A stretch of DNA of 61,550 nt, counting the filler, from Choristocarpus tenellus KU-1152 (taxonomy: Eukaryota > Protista > Phaeophyceae): the NCBI GenBank assembly GCA_964200185.2. It is 9 parts of 9 records of this genome, joined end to end, with 100 filler letters (N's around TTAATTAATTAA, not from the genome) between each part and the next. Parts side by side here need not be neighbours in the genome. Positions count along the whole stretch, not along the records: positions 25,215 to 28,164 come from CAXNAD020023432.1; positions 28,265 to 30,948 come from CAXNAD020025672.1; positions 31,049 to 33,564 come from CAXNAD020027150.1; positions 33,665 to 50,166 come from CAXNAD020000818.1; 5 more parts are not named here. One strand, given 5' to 3'. The number at the start of each line of letters is the position of its first letter. Position 1 is the first letter of the stretch. The translations under genes and the position numbers were made by a program. This document shows, piece after piece, positions 26,186 through 37,800 of the stretch. A model generated the notes under the pieces. It did not search any database. It was not told the origin of the DNA and saw nothing but the letters and a program-made list of their open reading frames with translations.

Positions 26186-28611
26186 GATAAAGGTAGTCAT
26201 ATATAGGTTTGAATCATTTGTCTTAAACAGGAAGTTGTTGAAATCCGTCGGGTCTCTTAACGGTTTGCTCTCTCTTAAGTAGTATGGTCTTTTTCACTTT
26301 GAGCTCACCTTGTGGGAGGATATTCTCCCATCATGGACGAGTTTGGGGTTGCGATATCCTGTAGAGGATAACCTTTCAAAGGACTCCTCGAGCTTGACAC
26401 AAGAACAACGTTCATGAAATACTCACTCAGATAGACATCTTTTTCTCCAACAAGAGTTTCGGTTTTGACGTGGTGGTCTCTAACTAAAGTTTTTGTGCGC
26501 AAACAGAGGTCATGGCGAGGGGGAGGGAGGGAACGTAACGGACACAGGTGCTCTAAGTCAGAATTGTTTTGATGCACACTCAACGTATTGCGCGCGCATT
26601 TCCTCGCCATAAATACCACCAATCATTTGATATATCTGAAGCCCATCCGCACACTTGTTTTGAGAATCACTACAGTTCATATCCTGTGAACTGCTTCGAG
26701 ACTCCAGACCTGGATCAACCGAAAGTGCTTAGAGGATTCTCGTGTGTAATAAATATTTCTGTCTTCACCACCTCGATTCCTTTGGTTGCTAGATGACCAC
26801 TCATGATGACCGCTTCTCTGTCATTCTGGTGTCCTTCACCATCTCTGAGAACTGATTGGACACGTCCCTTGCGTGATCCACATCTCTAAAACAACATAAA
26901 ATAGATACCCTTCATATTCTTGTCAATTTCTTTCTGGTGTTGGAGATTCAAAACGCAATAAACACATACGAGATTCAAACGGAAATATAGATATCCAATG
27001 TGTATATACTGGTTGTGTATTATGTAAATATTGGTGTTGTTAAAACTCCTCAACTCCTCACCCCCCTCGCCGCCCAGTCTACACAAATACCTACACGCTA
27101 CCACCACTAACGGTCCTATCTCACGTGAGTCCGACCTTTAAATAACTCGGTGCAGTAGGCGAGTGAAATATATACTTCGAAGTATAGTACATTGTCGTGA
27201 TTTTGAGGTGGTTAGAGGATCGTACTTCCTTGTATGCTGATGCTAGAGTAGAGTTTTACATGTTGGGTAAACGGTCATGTTCACACACCCTCTGTCGAGG
27301 GTTGACGTGGAGACTAATTGCCACTTCTTCTAGAGCTCGCATCCTTCCCCAACATGCCAGAAAAGCCCTCCCCATTCGCCTCTCTCTTTCCCACATTGAC
27401 CAGCCCTCCAAATAACCTGTTGGTATTATTCGCTCCTCGTCATACACGATTGTTACGGGCGAAATTCCCCGTATATAACCGTGGTCTGTCCCTCGAAGAC
27501 ACGTTTTGCAAACTCTCAACTTTTTCTCTTTCAATGCCTCCTCCACTGTGTCCCTCGCCTCCAAATCCTGCCGACTCGTCACCTGCAAGATTCACCTTCT
27601 TCAGGAGTTCGTACAATGGCTGTGGTGAAGGTGCTCACCGCACTACTTGTGGGTTTGCATATGTCTGCCGTCCTCGCAGCCGGTACTACATCACAATGCC
27701 TCTTGACAGGAGGTTTTAGTTCTGACCCCTTTGCCAGAAGTACTTCTGAAACTTAACTGACTTGACCCTAGAGTCCTGTAACTGCCCACACGAGAGAAAC
27801 ATAAACCCCTTGATTGACGACCTAAGCACCATGTGGTCGGAGTTGAGCTAGACTATTTCTCTTTAGCCGCATCTTGAGGTTTTCAAAACATCATGGCAGA
27901 GAGTGCCTGATAATTACCTTAAGTATGCAGACTCAAGTTGGGCTCTCATATTGAGGTTCCTTTATCTTCTGCCATTGCACCAACATACATCTGCCTCCTT
28001 ACGCCGTAATATAATGTCCAGCTCCCAAAGAAAGTCGTAACCACTATGCCAGATCTCCGGTCACACTTGTCACCACGAGTCGTTGTTTTCCACAGGTTCA
28101 TGGACCGGGTCTGCATGGGATTGTTCTGTTCGATTAGACTCTTCCAACTCTATCGGACAGTTACNNNNNNNNNNNNNNNNNNNNNNNNNNNNNNNNNNNN
28201 NNNNNNNNTTAATTAATTAANNNNNNNNNNNNNNNNNNNNNNNNNNNNNNNNNNNNNNNNNNNNTCTGTGAAGGAGTTTCATTCCGGTGATTGTGATTGC
28301 CCCCTTGAGCAGAGAACTTGGCACCTTTGACACTTTCACAGAGGTACTCACGCCTAGTAGTGTTCAAGGGGAGCTAACTAACGCCGCGTTATGTCGGATA
28401 CTACTACCCCCACACCTGCTGCAACGTCGCACACTAGTAGCAATGCAAAGAGAAGTCCGCAACTCACAAATGGAAGAAGAAGACGACCCATGCATCACCA
28501 ATAACCGAAGGAGTTAATGAGGGGGGTAGTATCAACACCCAATCTCAACCGAGTCCCGCGTCTATTTCTGTAGACAGAGGCATCCCTGGTGGCTCGCTAG
28601 AGCAGGAAGGG

Positions 28612-29991
28612 ATGGCGGCGCAGAGGCTGAGGGAAGGCCCTGCTCGTAATTCGGGCCTGAACCGGTTCAGCGTGCTGGATGAAGACCAAGAAGAACAAGT
28701 CGAAGACAGTGCAGAGGAAACATTCGATATCCACGCATACTTAAATCGCCAGCTTGTCTTCACCAAGAAGATTGTTGAGGAAGCTATGGAGGGGACTCCA
28801 CACGACCAAGGATTGGTGGCAGCGGCAATGCAGACATTAAACATGAAGATAAGTACAATGTGTGCAGATGCAAGCAACCCACCTGTCTCTGATCACCCCC
28901 ACGGTAACCCCTTGATTGTGAAGTATCAGTCACATCAAGACTTACCCCCCATGCGTTTTTGGGACGTGCAGGACCAAGGTTGTTCCCCCATACCCAATTT
29001 TGGGAAGTTGCTCATGATTTTAAAAAATCGAGTAGGCGCTATTGCTATGGTGAATAGAGCGTCCATAGAAGCAAACCGAATTCCCACATACCATCAAATT
29101 CTGGAAGATATATGCATGCGTTTGTTCCAACACCAAATCCCTAGGGGTACCAGTCCTGCCCAAGCAAGCGTTCGATCATTTTATGAAACATTGAATGTAG
29201 TCTCTTGGGAGGAATTTGTTGCGGCAAGCCTGAAGGAATTTTCTGTACCAAATCCACTAGACAGAACATTCCATGATGTGATTGATATTCGGCAGGAACC
29301 AAAGGAGGATGTTCGGGCATTTGCAAGACGGGTAAATGAGTCAATCGATTCCTTTGTACGTGAGTTGAGAATCCACCCACATGACAGGAGTGACCTCGAT
29401 CCTATTGACCTGACCCCCACAGCCCTGATTTCCCTTCTAATGGATAGACTCCGATACTGCGCATTCAACGTCAGTGTTTTACCTGCTATACTAGGAGTTT
29501 TGCGATCGAATCCTCAGCGTTATGAGAATTTCGCGGCACTAGTTGATGCAGCGGTTGGCCAGGCATCAGCAATGTCAACTTTAGACAGGGGATCGTTCGC
29601 GAATGTGGTAACCTCCAGTATATCTGTGGATAACTTGGGGAATTTACACCCAACGGACCTACGACCCACTGACCTTGCCCCGTTGTTAGCAGTTGCAAAG
29701 ACCCTTGCAAACGATCTCGAGAGGGCACATGCCGAAATCCGCCATCTCAAAACCAAACAACGAACAAATGGTCCTGACAAGAACTCACGAGCTTTTCCCA
29801 AACCTTTCCCGAGCCCACTGATACCCTACCAGTATGTCAATTCGAAGGGTGCAACGCAAGATCACGGCGGGGACATTCGACGGAAAACTGTTGGTTCAAC
29901 CCTGGGGGCAACAATTATCACCCCTCAAGGACAACTCGCAAACGTCCGGACAGAAGAGACCGCCGAAACCAAGATTCGATCAAGACAATAA
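28612..29991 (+). mobile_element. Gag-like ORF (Ty3/gypsy-type capsid), 459 aa, no pol downstream
   Basis: Intronless ORF. SWEEFVAASLKEF...DIRQEPKEDVRAFARRV fits the retrotransposon gag W-x2-F...Q-x3-E-x-V-x2-[YF]-x2-R pattern. A coiled coil follows, then an out-of-frame CCHC-like knuckle. Confidence 0.7.
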
Positions 29992-30007
29992 CACAGGTTG
30001 GACTTAT

Positions 30008-30800
30008 CTGTGAGAAGCATGCATACATTCAAAATGTTATTGACCTCAGGCATAATATTTTACTTCATTATTTGTAAACAAACTGTGCACATAAATACAT
30101 AAAAAATTAACAGTCCAACTTACCGGTTGTCCAAGCACCTTGGAGGCAAGTTGTAGAAGAGGAGGTGATAGTAAGGGTTAGTGAGTCTTCCAACCACCCT
30201 TAACACTATTCCCACAACACTCCCCAATAGATGACTTGATGTACCAAAGCTGTGGTGATACTGAGCTTCATCCACTCAGACCGCGGGAGTCACGTAGGAG
30301 ACAGGCTAGTCCACGCCATTTTTCTCACTATGCCCTACACCCGTTAACGCAGAGTTCACTAGGACTGAGGTGATATTTAGAGCTGATCTATTAGACGACC
30401 TTAGAATCGTGGAGTAGAAAGATTGCTCTTATCCGGAGACATTAACACAGAGTGATTCTACCTGTGAAAAGCATGCATATATTTCTTACATTCAAAATAT
30501 TATTGACCTCGAGCATAATATTTTACTTCTGTTAACAAATGTGCATATAACAAGCATTGAAAGTCCATTTTTATGTGGTTTTCCAAGCACCTTGGAGGCA
30601 AGTTGAAGAGATGTGATAGTAAGGGATGATGAGCATGACCCACCCTTAACACTATCCCCATAACACTCCCCAAGAGATGACTTGATGTACTAAAGCTGTG
30701 GTGATACTGAGCGTCATTGACTCGGATCCCCAGGAAGCACGTAGGAGACAAGCAAGATAATGCCATTTTTCTCACTATGCTATCCACCCGTTAACACAGT
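30008..30800. repeat. Diverged tandem duplication of a ~340-bp segment
   Basis: 30008-30352 and 30462-30800 align throughout (ctgtga.aagcatgcata...ccaagcaccttggaggcaagttg...aaagctgtggtgatactgagc...cccgttaac). Confidence 0.85.
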
Positions 30801-31668
30801 TGTTACTTGGACTAGAGTGCGACCTAGGGCTGACCACCACTAGTGCTCCACCTTCTATATATACCTACCCTGAGTTGATGCAACCAGGATGTTTCATTAT
30901 TTTTTTTCCTCCCAAAGATGGACCTGCCCGACATGAAGTGCCGGCCAGNNNNNNNNNNNNNNNNNNNNNNNNNNNNNNNNNNNNNNNNNNNNTTAATTAA
31001 TTAANNNNNNNNNNNNNNNNNNNNNNNNNNNNNNNNNNNNNNNNNNNNCGACTGCATGCCATTGCGCTCAGGAAACGCCTAAGCGAAAACCCGGGTGTAG
31101 AAAATCTTAGTAGTCGACAGTTGCAGCAGCCCTGGCTGTTTGGAACCTGTGCGAGTCAGAGCGGCTTAAGGAAACGAGAAAGAAGGCGTCAGGGTTGGGG
31201 TACAAGGGCTCTGAAGCCCGAAAGAAGGTCGAAAGAGCTCGCAAGGTGGAGGAGAAAGCGATTGTAGCAAAGGCAGCCGTGGAGACTTGTCGATACCACC
31301 AAATCCTTAGAAGAGTTTGCGAAGCAGGTGGAGGTAGCCATCAACGTGGACGCCAGGGAAGAAGAGGGGGTAAGATTGAGACTATTTGACACCAATGGTT
31401 TGGTGTCTCCCACTTCTTGCAAGATGCCGTACATTTGTTCTTGTCCCTGGACTTAGGGTTGGACGTATAAAGTTGACTATGCCTTTCTCCCAGCCTGCAT
31501 TTCATTTGAGAAATCAACACAATTTTCGATCAACTCAAGCCTGTCCTCCCTCGTCCTTGCGCCTTTATGATAAAATATCACCAGCCCAGGAAACGTGGAT
31601 GACGCCCATTTCCGGTACTCAATGAGGAGATGTGATCGTAAGGGCTCTAACACTGCGAATTCTGTACC

Positions 31669-31869
31669 TTGTGTATGAATGATGTGAAAGACCGTCAAAC
31701 GGCGCTCATGATGGCAGCAGGATATGCAATGGTCAGGTCGGAAACTGTGAGTAAATGGGAGAGAGACTTCCTAACTAAGGTCCACATCAAGGTGTCGAAG
31801 CAATGGCGCTATGAGAGGCGTTTCGTTTTGGGCGGTGACGAGGACATCCTTGCCAAGGTTAAAGAGTGA
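31669..31869 (+). pseudogene. Possible N-terminal remnant of a Tc1/IS630-like transposase
   Basis: ETVSKWERDF...SKQWRYERRFVLGGDEDILAKVKE* resembles, from memory, the TIRxWxxxF...SxxGKH...DED...W pattern of some eukaryotic DDE transposases. No catalytic domain is present. Confidence 0.35.
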
Positions 31870-32199
31870 TTTGTGCAAACACACTGGAAGAAAGGGTGGG
31901 GGGAGGCTTTTTTCCCACCTATACTCTATAATTTAATAAAGTAATAGAGCATCTGTTGCCACTCTTGGTGAACTACAATCCAGGGTTCGAACCCCAATAT
32001 AAGTGCTCATTCTTCAAAAAAGAAAAAATGGCGAAAAACAACACGAAGCCCGTACTCTGGAGGGCCCAGTGACGGGTATCACGAACATGCTCTTATTTTT
32101 TAAATCCGATGTCTCGATCAAAAGATATGACGGGACAACTCCAGAGGGTGAAGCTACTGATACCACTATAGTGAAATAGTAAACAGAATTTGGAGAGAT

Positions 32200-32920
32200 A
32201 TCTTTCACATTTACGACAGTTTTGCTTTACAGGAGTCCCTACCATGCATAAATTATTATGCTCTCTGACATTTTACAGGTGTGTCAGAGCCGAAGTATCT
32301 TAGAGGGTAGAGCCGCGTCCATTTGGGGGCCAAAGTCCAATGTTGCAATCTTGATGTTATTTTGGCTATTGTGTGCGTTAGGAAGTGTCAATATCGATGT
32401 TCTGGACAAACCTTTTAATAACGTGTACATTTTACCTACTCTGAAACAATTTGGAGAAGAAAAATGTTATAAAACGCCCATGCGAAGCCAAGCCTCAAAT
32501 GGACAAACAGGGCAAAACTCGTACCCTCTAAGATACATTCACTCGTCAGGGGAAAAACCAATGAAAAGCCAATTTACGATATTGAATTGACTTTTTCCCT
32601 GACACATCTGCAAAATGTCAGAGGGCATAATAATGTTTAGGGCTAAGCTAGGTTGGAGGCAGAGGAGGGGAGTGGTGTAGCATAGATGGTGCTCAAATAG
32701 AAAATGGCTAAAAAAACATCTTTCACATTTACGACAACTGTTATTCCTACCGTTGTTTAAGATGTTGAATTTGCTTTTCATTGGTTATTCCCCGGGCATA
32801 TCTGCAAAATGTCAGACGGCAAAATAACACTAAAAAAATATAGCATTTTCGAGGTTCCTTATATTTATTAATATGCCCTCTGACATTTTCCAGATGTGTT
32901 AGGGGGGAAACCAATGAACT
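32200..32920. repeat. Cluster of ~50-bp palindromic repeats (family C) in mixed orientation
   Basis: Consensus ttattatgccctctgacattttgcagatgtgtcagggaaaaaccaatgaa at 32253-32566 (split by the MITE, +), 32593-32634 (-), 32776-32828 (-) and 32868-32918 (+). Also at 33675-33724 (-) and 56997-57048 (+). Confidence 0.85.
32287..32544 (+). mobile_element. 258-bp MITE (family B), GAG...CTC termini, 4-bp TSD GTCA, Sola2-like
   Basis: Left end GAGCCGAAGTATCTTAGAGGGTA; reverse complement of right end GAGTGAATGTATCTTAGAGGGTA. GTCA at 32283-32286 and 32545-32548. Confidence 0.8.
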
Positions 32921-32964
32921 CTGAGGTTCCTTATCAGGTTCCTTGTCAGGAATCCCTCATTCCA

Positions 32965-33300
32965 GTGGAGGATATTTCATGAAAATGAATCCATGGAACC
33001 TCTTCAAAAAACCAGTTCCACAGATATGGGACGGCTCTTCATTCAGAGTTGTCAAACATCATAGATTCACTTTGTTCTCACGTCTTGACATTTCTCATGA
33101 TTCCCTCTCACAAGATCCTCAGTCAGTCAGTCTCCATAATTTACAGCAAGGCCTTCCAGTCTTGCACTTGCTCAACCTTAATTTCATCCTCTCGGTTATG
33201 TTTGTCTTGGCTCGTCTAGCCTGGTGGTTCTCTTCACCACCCTTGCCTGAGTGAACCGCACCGCCACAGAATTCTTTGATTCATATTGGCGACACCAGTG
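32965..33300 (-). repeat. Dispersed repeat family D, diverged copy 1
   Basis: Reverse complement contains ggttcactcaggcaagg.tggtgaagagaa.caccagg and tcaagacgtgagaa.aaagtg...acaactctgaatgaagagc.gtccca. Confidence 0.75.
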
Positions 33301-33326
33301 GCCTTAGACATGGGTTGATGGGTTCA

Positions 33327-33504
33327 AACTCAAAGAGTCTGGGGGTGGTGGTGGCTGTCCATTCGGGGCCATTTTTTCATGTCATGATTTTTGGGTGATT
33401 TGGTTGCATGAGTCAGTTGTAAAATGTAAGTGCACTTTTCCTGGTCAGGGCCTGAATGGACAGCGTAGACCCCGCTCCCCCCCCCCCCCCCCGATGCTTC
33501 GGGC
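33327..33504 (+). mobile_element. MITE family A copy
   Basis: Collinear with 55-225 (ggctgtccatt.ggggcc...aagtgcacttttcctgg...atggaca...poly-C). Confidence 0.75.
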
Positions 33505-34881
33505 GGGGAATTTGTTTTTGCCACAGGCCAAAAATGCCGGAAGGCAAAACCAGAAGAAAACGTTNNNNNNNNNNNNNNNNNNNNNNNNNNNNNNNNNNNN
33601 NNNNNNNNTTAATTAATTAANNNNNNNNNNNNNNNNNNNNNNNNNNNNNNNNNNNNNNNNNNNNGTATATAATGTTCATTGGTTTCCCCCTGACACATCT
33701 GCAAAATGTCAGAGGGCATAATAATATAATACAATAATACAAGACTAAAACCGAGAGAAAACGAAACCTGAGAGGGTATGTGGCCAAAAGCAAATATTCA
33801 GAAAATGCAACAAAGTGTAAAGCAGAATCATACTATAGATTTGCACAGAAAAAATATATATATGCTGTTTAATGGGATTTTTTTTTTAACTCTACCCCGA
33901 AGTAGAAGAGAAAGTCCAACTACAACAGGTCGACCGACCAATCCGTTTCAGTATTCACCAGTACCAATACCGAGGCTCAAAGGCTGCCCCTCAATTCATT
34001 CCGAGGAAGAAAGAAGTAGAAGGACAACACCAGCAGCACCATTGCCAAGGAATTGTGTGTACTTAACAATATCAGTGTGTCATGCTGTTTATTTTACAAA
34101 ATAGTTTACTCTGGTTGTCCTGCAGTTTGCGCCATCCAAGAAATTTCATATTCGGCTCCAAGAGATGGTGGTGAAGGCGGAAGCCGTGTTGTCAATCTAG
34201 CCCTGAGTCAGCTTGGAGCTGTTTGAAGTAGAAGATGATCAACGACCAGCTTGTCGATCATAACATTTGTCAGTCAATCCTCAGGAAATACCTTTGGACG
34301 GGTAACTTGACTGACGTCAATTCAATGAATTGGTCCAATCTCAAAGTAGGAGGATGTAATATCATATTCAAAGAAGGCATTGATAAATTTGATGGGTGGG
34401 GATGTAGTCAATGCGATATTATCTGCTCTCCTTGGGGTCCGTGTAGGTTTGAGGCCCTTTATCCTTTGGTAAACTGAAAAGAGTGATGGCAAGTCCAGGT
34501 TTGTTCATCTGTGCACATGGCTACTATACTGTACTTTGCTACAGGTGGGTTGTTACTCCTGATATATACAAGCATACCCAACAGTACAAAACGTCGAATT
34601 TCAAGATTTGGGTTGCTATTTATATATTGCTGAGAGGCAGAGGATCTATATCTTTTTCTATCAACCGTGGTAGTAGCTGACAAATTTACTACCATATGCA
34701 GCCAGTTTCTGACACAGGCAAGTGGTACTATATTCTCAAGAGAGAAAAACCATACATTTAACATATGCACAGGGTTGTTTTCTTGGTTTTCACGTCATGA
34801 CTGCAAACGTTAATCAATTTCGAAATCATTCAAAATATGCCTATCTTTGCGCTGCTATATCTATCTATTTTCTGTGGCAAG

Positions 34882-37800
34882 ATGTACGCCTCAGGCAACC
34901 AAAGAGGTGGGCCAGGCGCGAACGTGACTATCCGAGGTGGAACTTATGTGAATAATACTTCCTTAGAGCATGGAGGGGGGTTCGTGGCATGGGGACCAAC
35001 CACTACCATTGTGTTTGCAGGGGGGCACATCATTGATGCCACAACCAAGTGAGGGCTTGTTTTCTCGTATCTGTGTGCTCAGCTCCTCTCGATACAGTTT
35101 TCATTGGGGCTAGGGAATTGGCTGGGGTTCAAAATGAAGGTGTGGGACCCCAGAGCATAGGCCCCAGGGCATGGATGGGGGTTCATGGCGTGAAGGTAAC
35201 CACTACCACCATTTCCATTTGTAGGGGGGCATATCATTGTAGCACTACCAAGTTTGAGCTTTTTTTTCTTGTCTGCGGTTCTGAATACCATTTGATAGGA
35301 TTATATTATGATAGGGAGGGTTAGGGTTCGTGTTGAGATTTAAATATACAGGTGTGGCATGCATCGCTCTCAATCATTTATACTATTACCTTCCTTGGTG
35401 TTCACCTTACCTCCACGCATAACCCATAGTCATCTTGAACCATACAGTGCAAAATTGGTTCAGATTGATGCTTGAGAATAGCCTGGTGTCAGTAAACTCT
35501 TTTGAGATAGGGCACTCGATGAGTATTTCAGAGTACTATATGTGGATATTAATGTTGCCACAGCAGTCGCAAGTACTATTCCCCCCCCCCTGGCACGCCC
35601 ACTCCCTCTTGATATATCAAGAATAGTTGGATAATCATTAGTAATCAATCGAATTGCGAGAAATATGATGGAGACCTTTCTTTCATTAGACATATGATAC
35701 TGAGCACTTCAAATGTACACATTGGAGTTCAATTCAACCTCTCTGAGTGAGAGAAAGATCAGTCAGAATGAAAAACAAAGTTCCAAAAGCAGTCCAGCGT
35801 AGAGTCAGGGCTAGGTGATGTGCCTTACAAGCAAGACATCGACAGATACATGGTACAAACTAAACATCCGATAAATGCAGAACCAAGGTGTTACCCTGCT
35901 AGATGCTCTTCTGATATTTCTACAAAAGTGTGCTTCTAACCCTTTTGAATATCAATCGGTCATATTGAACTGTGTCCCACTCTATGATTATGTGTCCTAC
36001 AATGTACAACAGTTGGTCCAAGTACTTTCAAGTATGCCAGCCACAAAAGATCGATTTCCTCGTCAATTTGTTTCCCTTGTGTTGTCCTTTGGTAAGATTC
36101 TTTGGAGGTTTCCTCTTTCTCGAAGAACTAGCCAGCGTCAACTGCACAAACACAGTGGTGGAGGGAAGCTATGCAGGCGATGAAGGGGGGGGGGTCTACG
36201 CAATTGGCACTTCCTCTATCTATTGGGCGTGTGACCTCATTGATAATGATGCGTTAAAAGGAGCTGACATGTACCTCATCCAAGCGAGGGAAGTGCATCT
36301 GGTTGGAGGTCGAATAGATCACCGTCGCACTATGGAATCTAGTGAAGCTCTGTATCTCACAGGTAGTAATGTTTTTGCTGATGGGTTCAGCGTTGTGGCG
36401 GATGCAGCATCTGAGACTAGTATTGCCATGCAAATGGATACCAGCTCTTCGTTCTTGGCAGTGGATTGTGTGTTTGCCACATGGCGAGGGGAGTCTGTAA
36501 TCCACAACGATGGGGGAGAGCTGGTCCTTGAAGGTTGTGACTTTAGTGGGAGTGAAACTAAAGTTGTAGTCTCCACGTCTTCAACTGCAGTCATCCGGAA
36601 TGCTGTTGTGGGCGATCCCACTATCAATGCAGCTACTGACAGCATGGCCCTCGTGGATAATGCGCTGACTTGCTCAGATGCTAATTCCTGCAGCCCTGGA
36701 GTGTGTCTCGATGGAGAGCTCGGGGTCTATTGCCAATGTTACCATTCAAATGTCACGGGGGAGGAGGTGTGCATGAACCAGGGTGGTAATATCACAATGT
36801 GGGTCTCGAAGGCTCCAGACAAGATTATATACAGGCCGGCGACAGTGGAATTTACATTGATGATCCATGCGGAGGGAGGTCTTGCACCAGTCCTGTGGAA
36901 TATTTCTGCGTTGTCCAGCGACTTCAATATGTTGCTATACCCGTCGAGTGGCGTTCTTCCCCCTAATTCGAACTTGTCGGTACGAGTGGAGGCAGTGCCA
37001 AGGATGGAAATCGGGAGATACCTAATGATGGCCTCGTTTACGGCGGTGGGTTTAATACCGAGAACAGAGGCCAGTGTTGAGGTGTATACAACATACCTCC
37101 TCTGCGAGGCCTATGAGTACGCATCATTCATGAATCAATCCACTGCAAACTCTCGTGCAGTATCCTCTTTCTCTCCAGTACAAAGAGGGGAATCTGGAAT
37201 AGATGGAGAGGATGCAGTGATGTGCATCCAGTGTGCAGAGATTGAGGGAGCAGAGGGAGTTGATTGCTCTACCCCTGGTGCCACCCTGAACAGTCTACCC
37301 TTAAGGGATGGATACTGGCGAGCAACCACGAAGTCCTTGGTCATCCGGGAGTGCATCAACAGTGACGCCTGCATCGGGGGTACTTTTGTGGCAGATTCAG
37401 ATGGGTACTGCGCCAGTGGTTACATGGGACCCTGTGAGTGCATTCGATATCTTACAAATATTGCCTGTTGTATCCTTTGCTCTTAATCCCATCCCTCACT
37501 AGTCATGATGAGGCTGGAACTGTCCTGATGACAATGGCAATTTTTGAAATTCCGTTATTACTAGAAATTTGTATTTTACGTTTTCATGTCGCTCATATGA
37601 CCTCCATTTTGATATGAGATAAAGGACCATTCTTGGTAGAGCGCACGATTAGTGGTGATTTAATCAAAGTTGGTCTGAATTCTGGATGGTAAGTACCTGT
37701 GTTTGATATAGTGCCGCCAGTAACACCACAACAAGTGTATAGTGCCTTTCTCTTTCATAATAGAACCATTTGGACAAGAAAAAAATAGTAGTACAAGATT

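Noticed and set aside
30008-30800. The two 340-bp copies as paired LTRs of the gag element
   Set aside because: Both lie downstream of gag, only ~110 bp apart, with no clear TG...CA ends, PBS or PPT.
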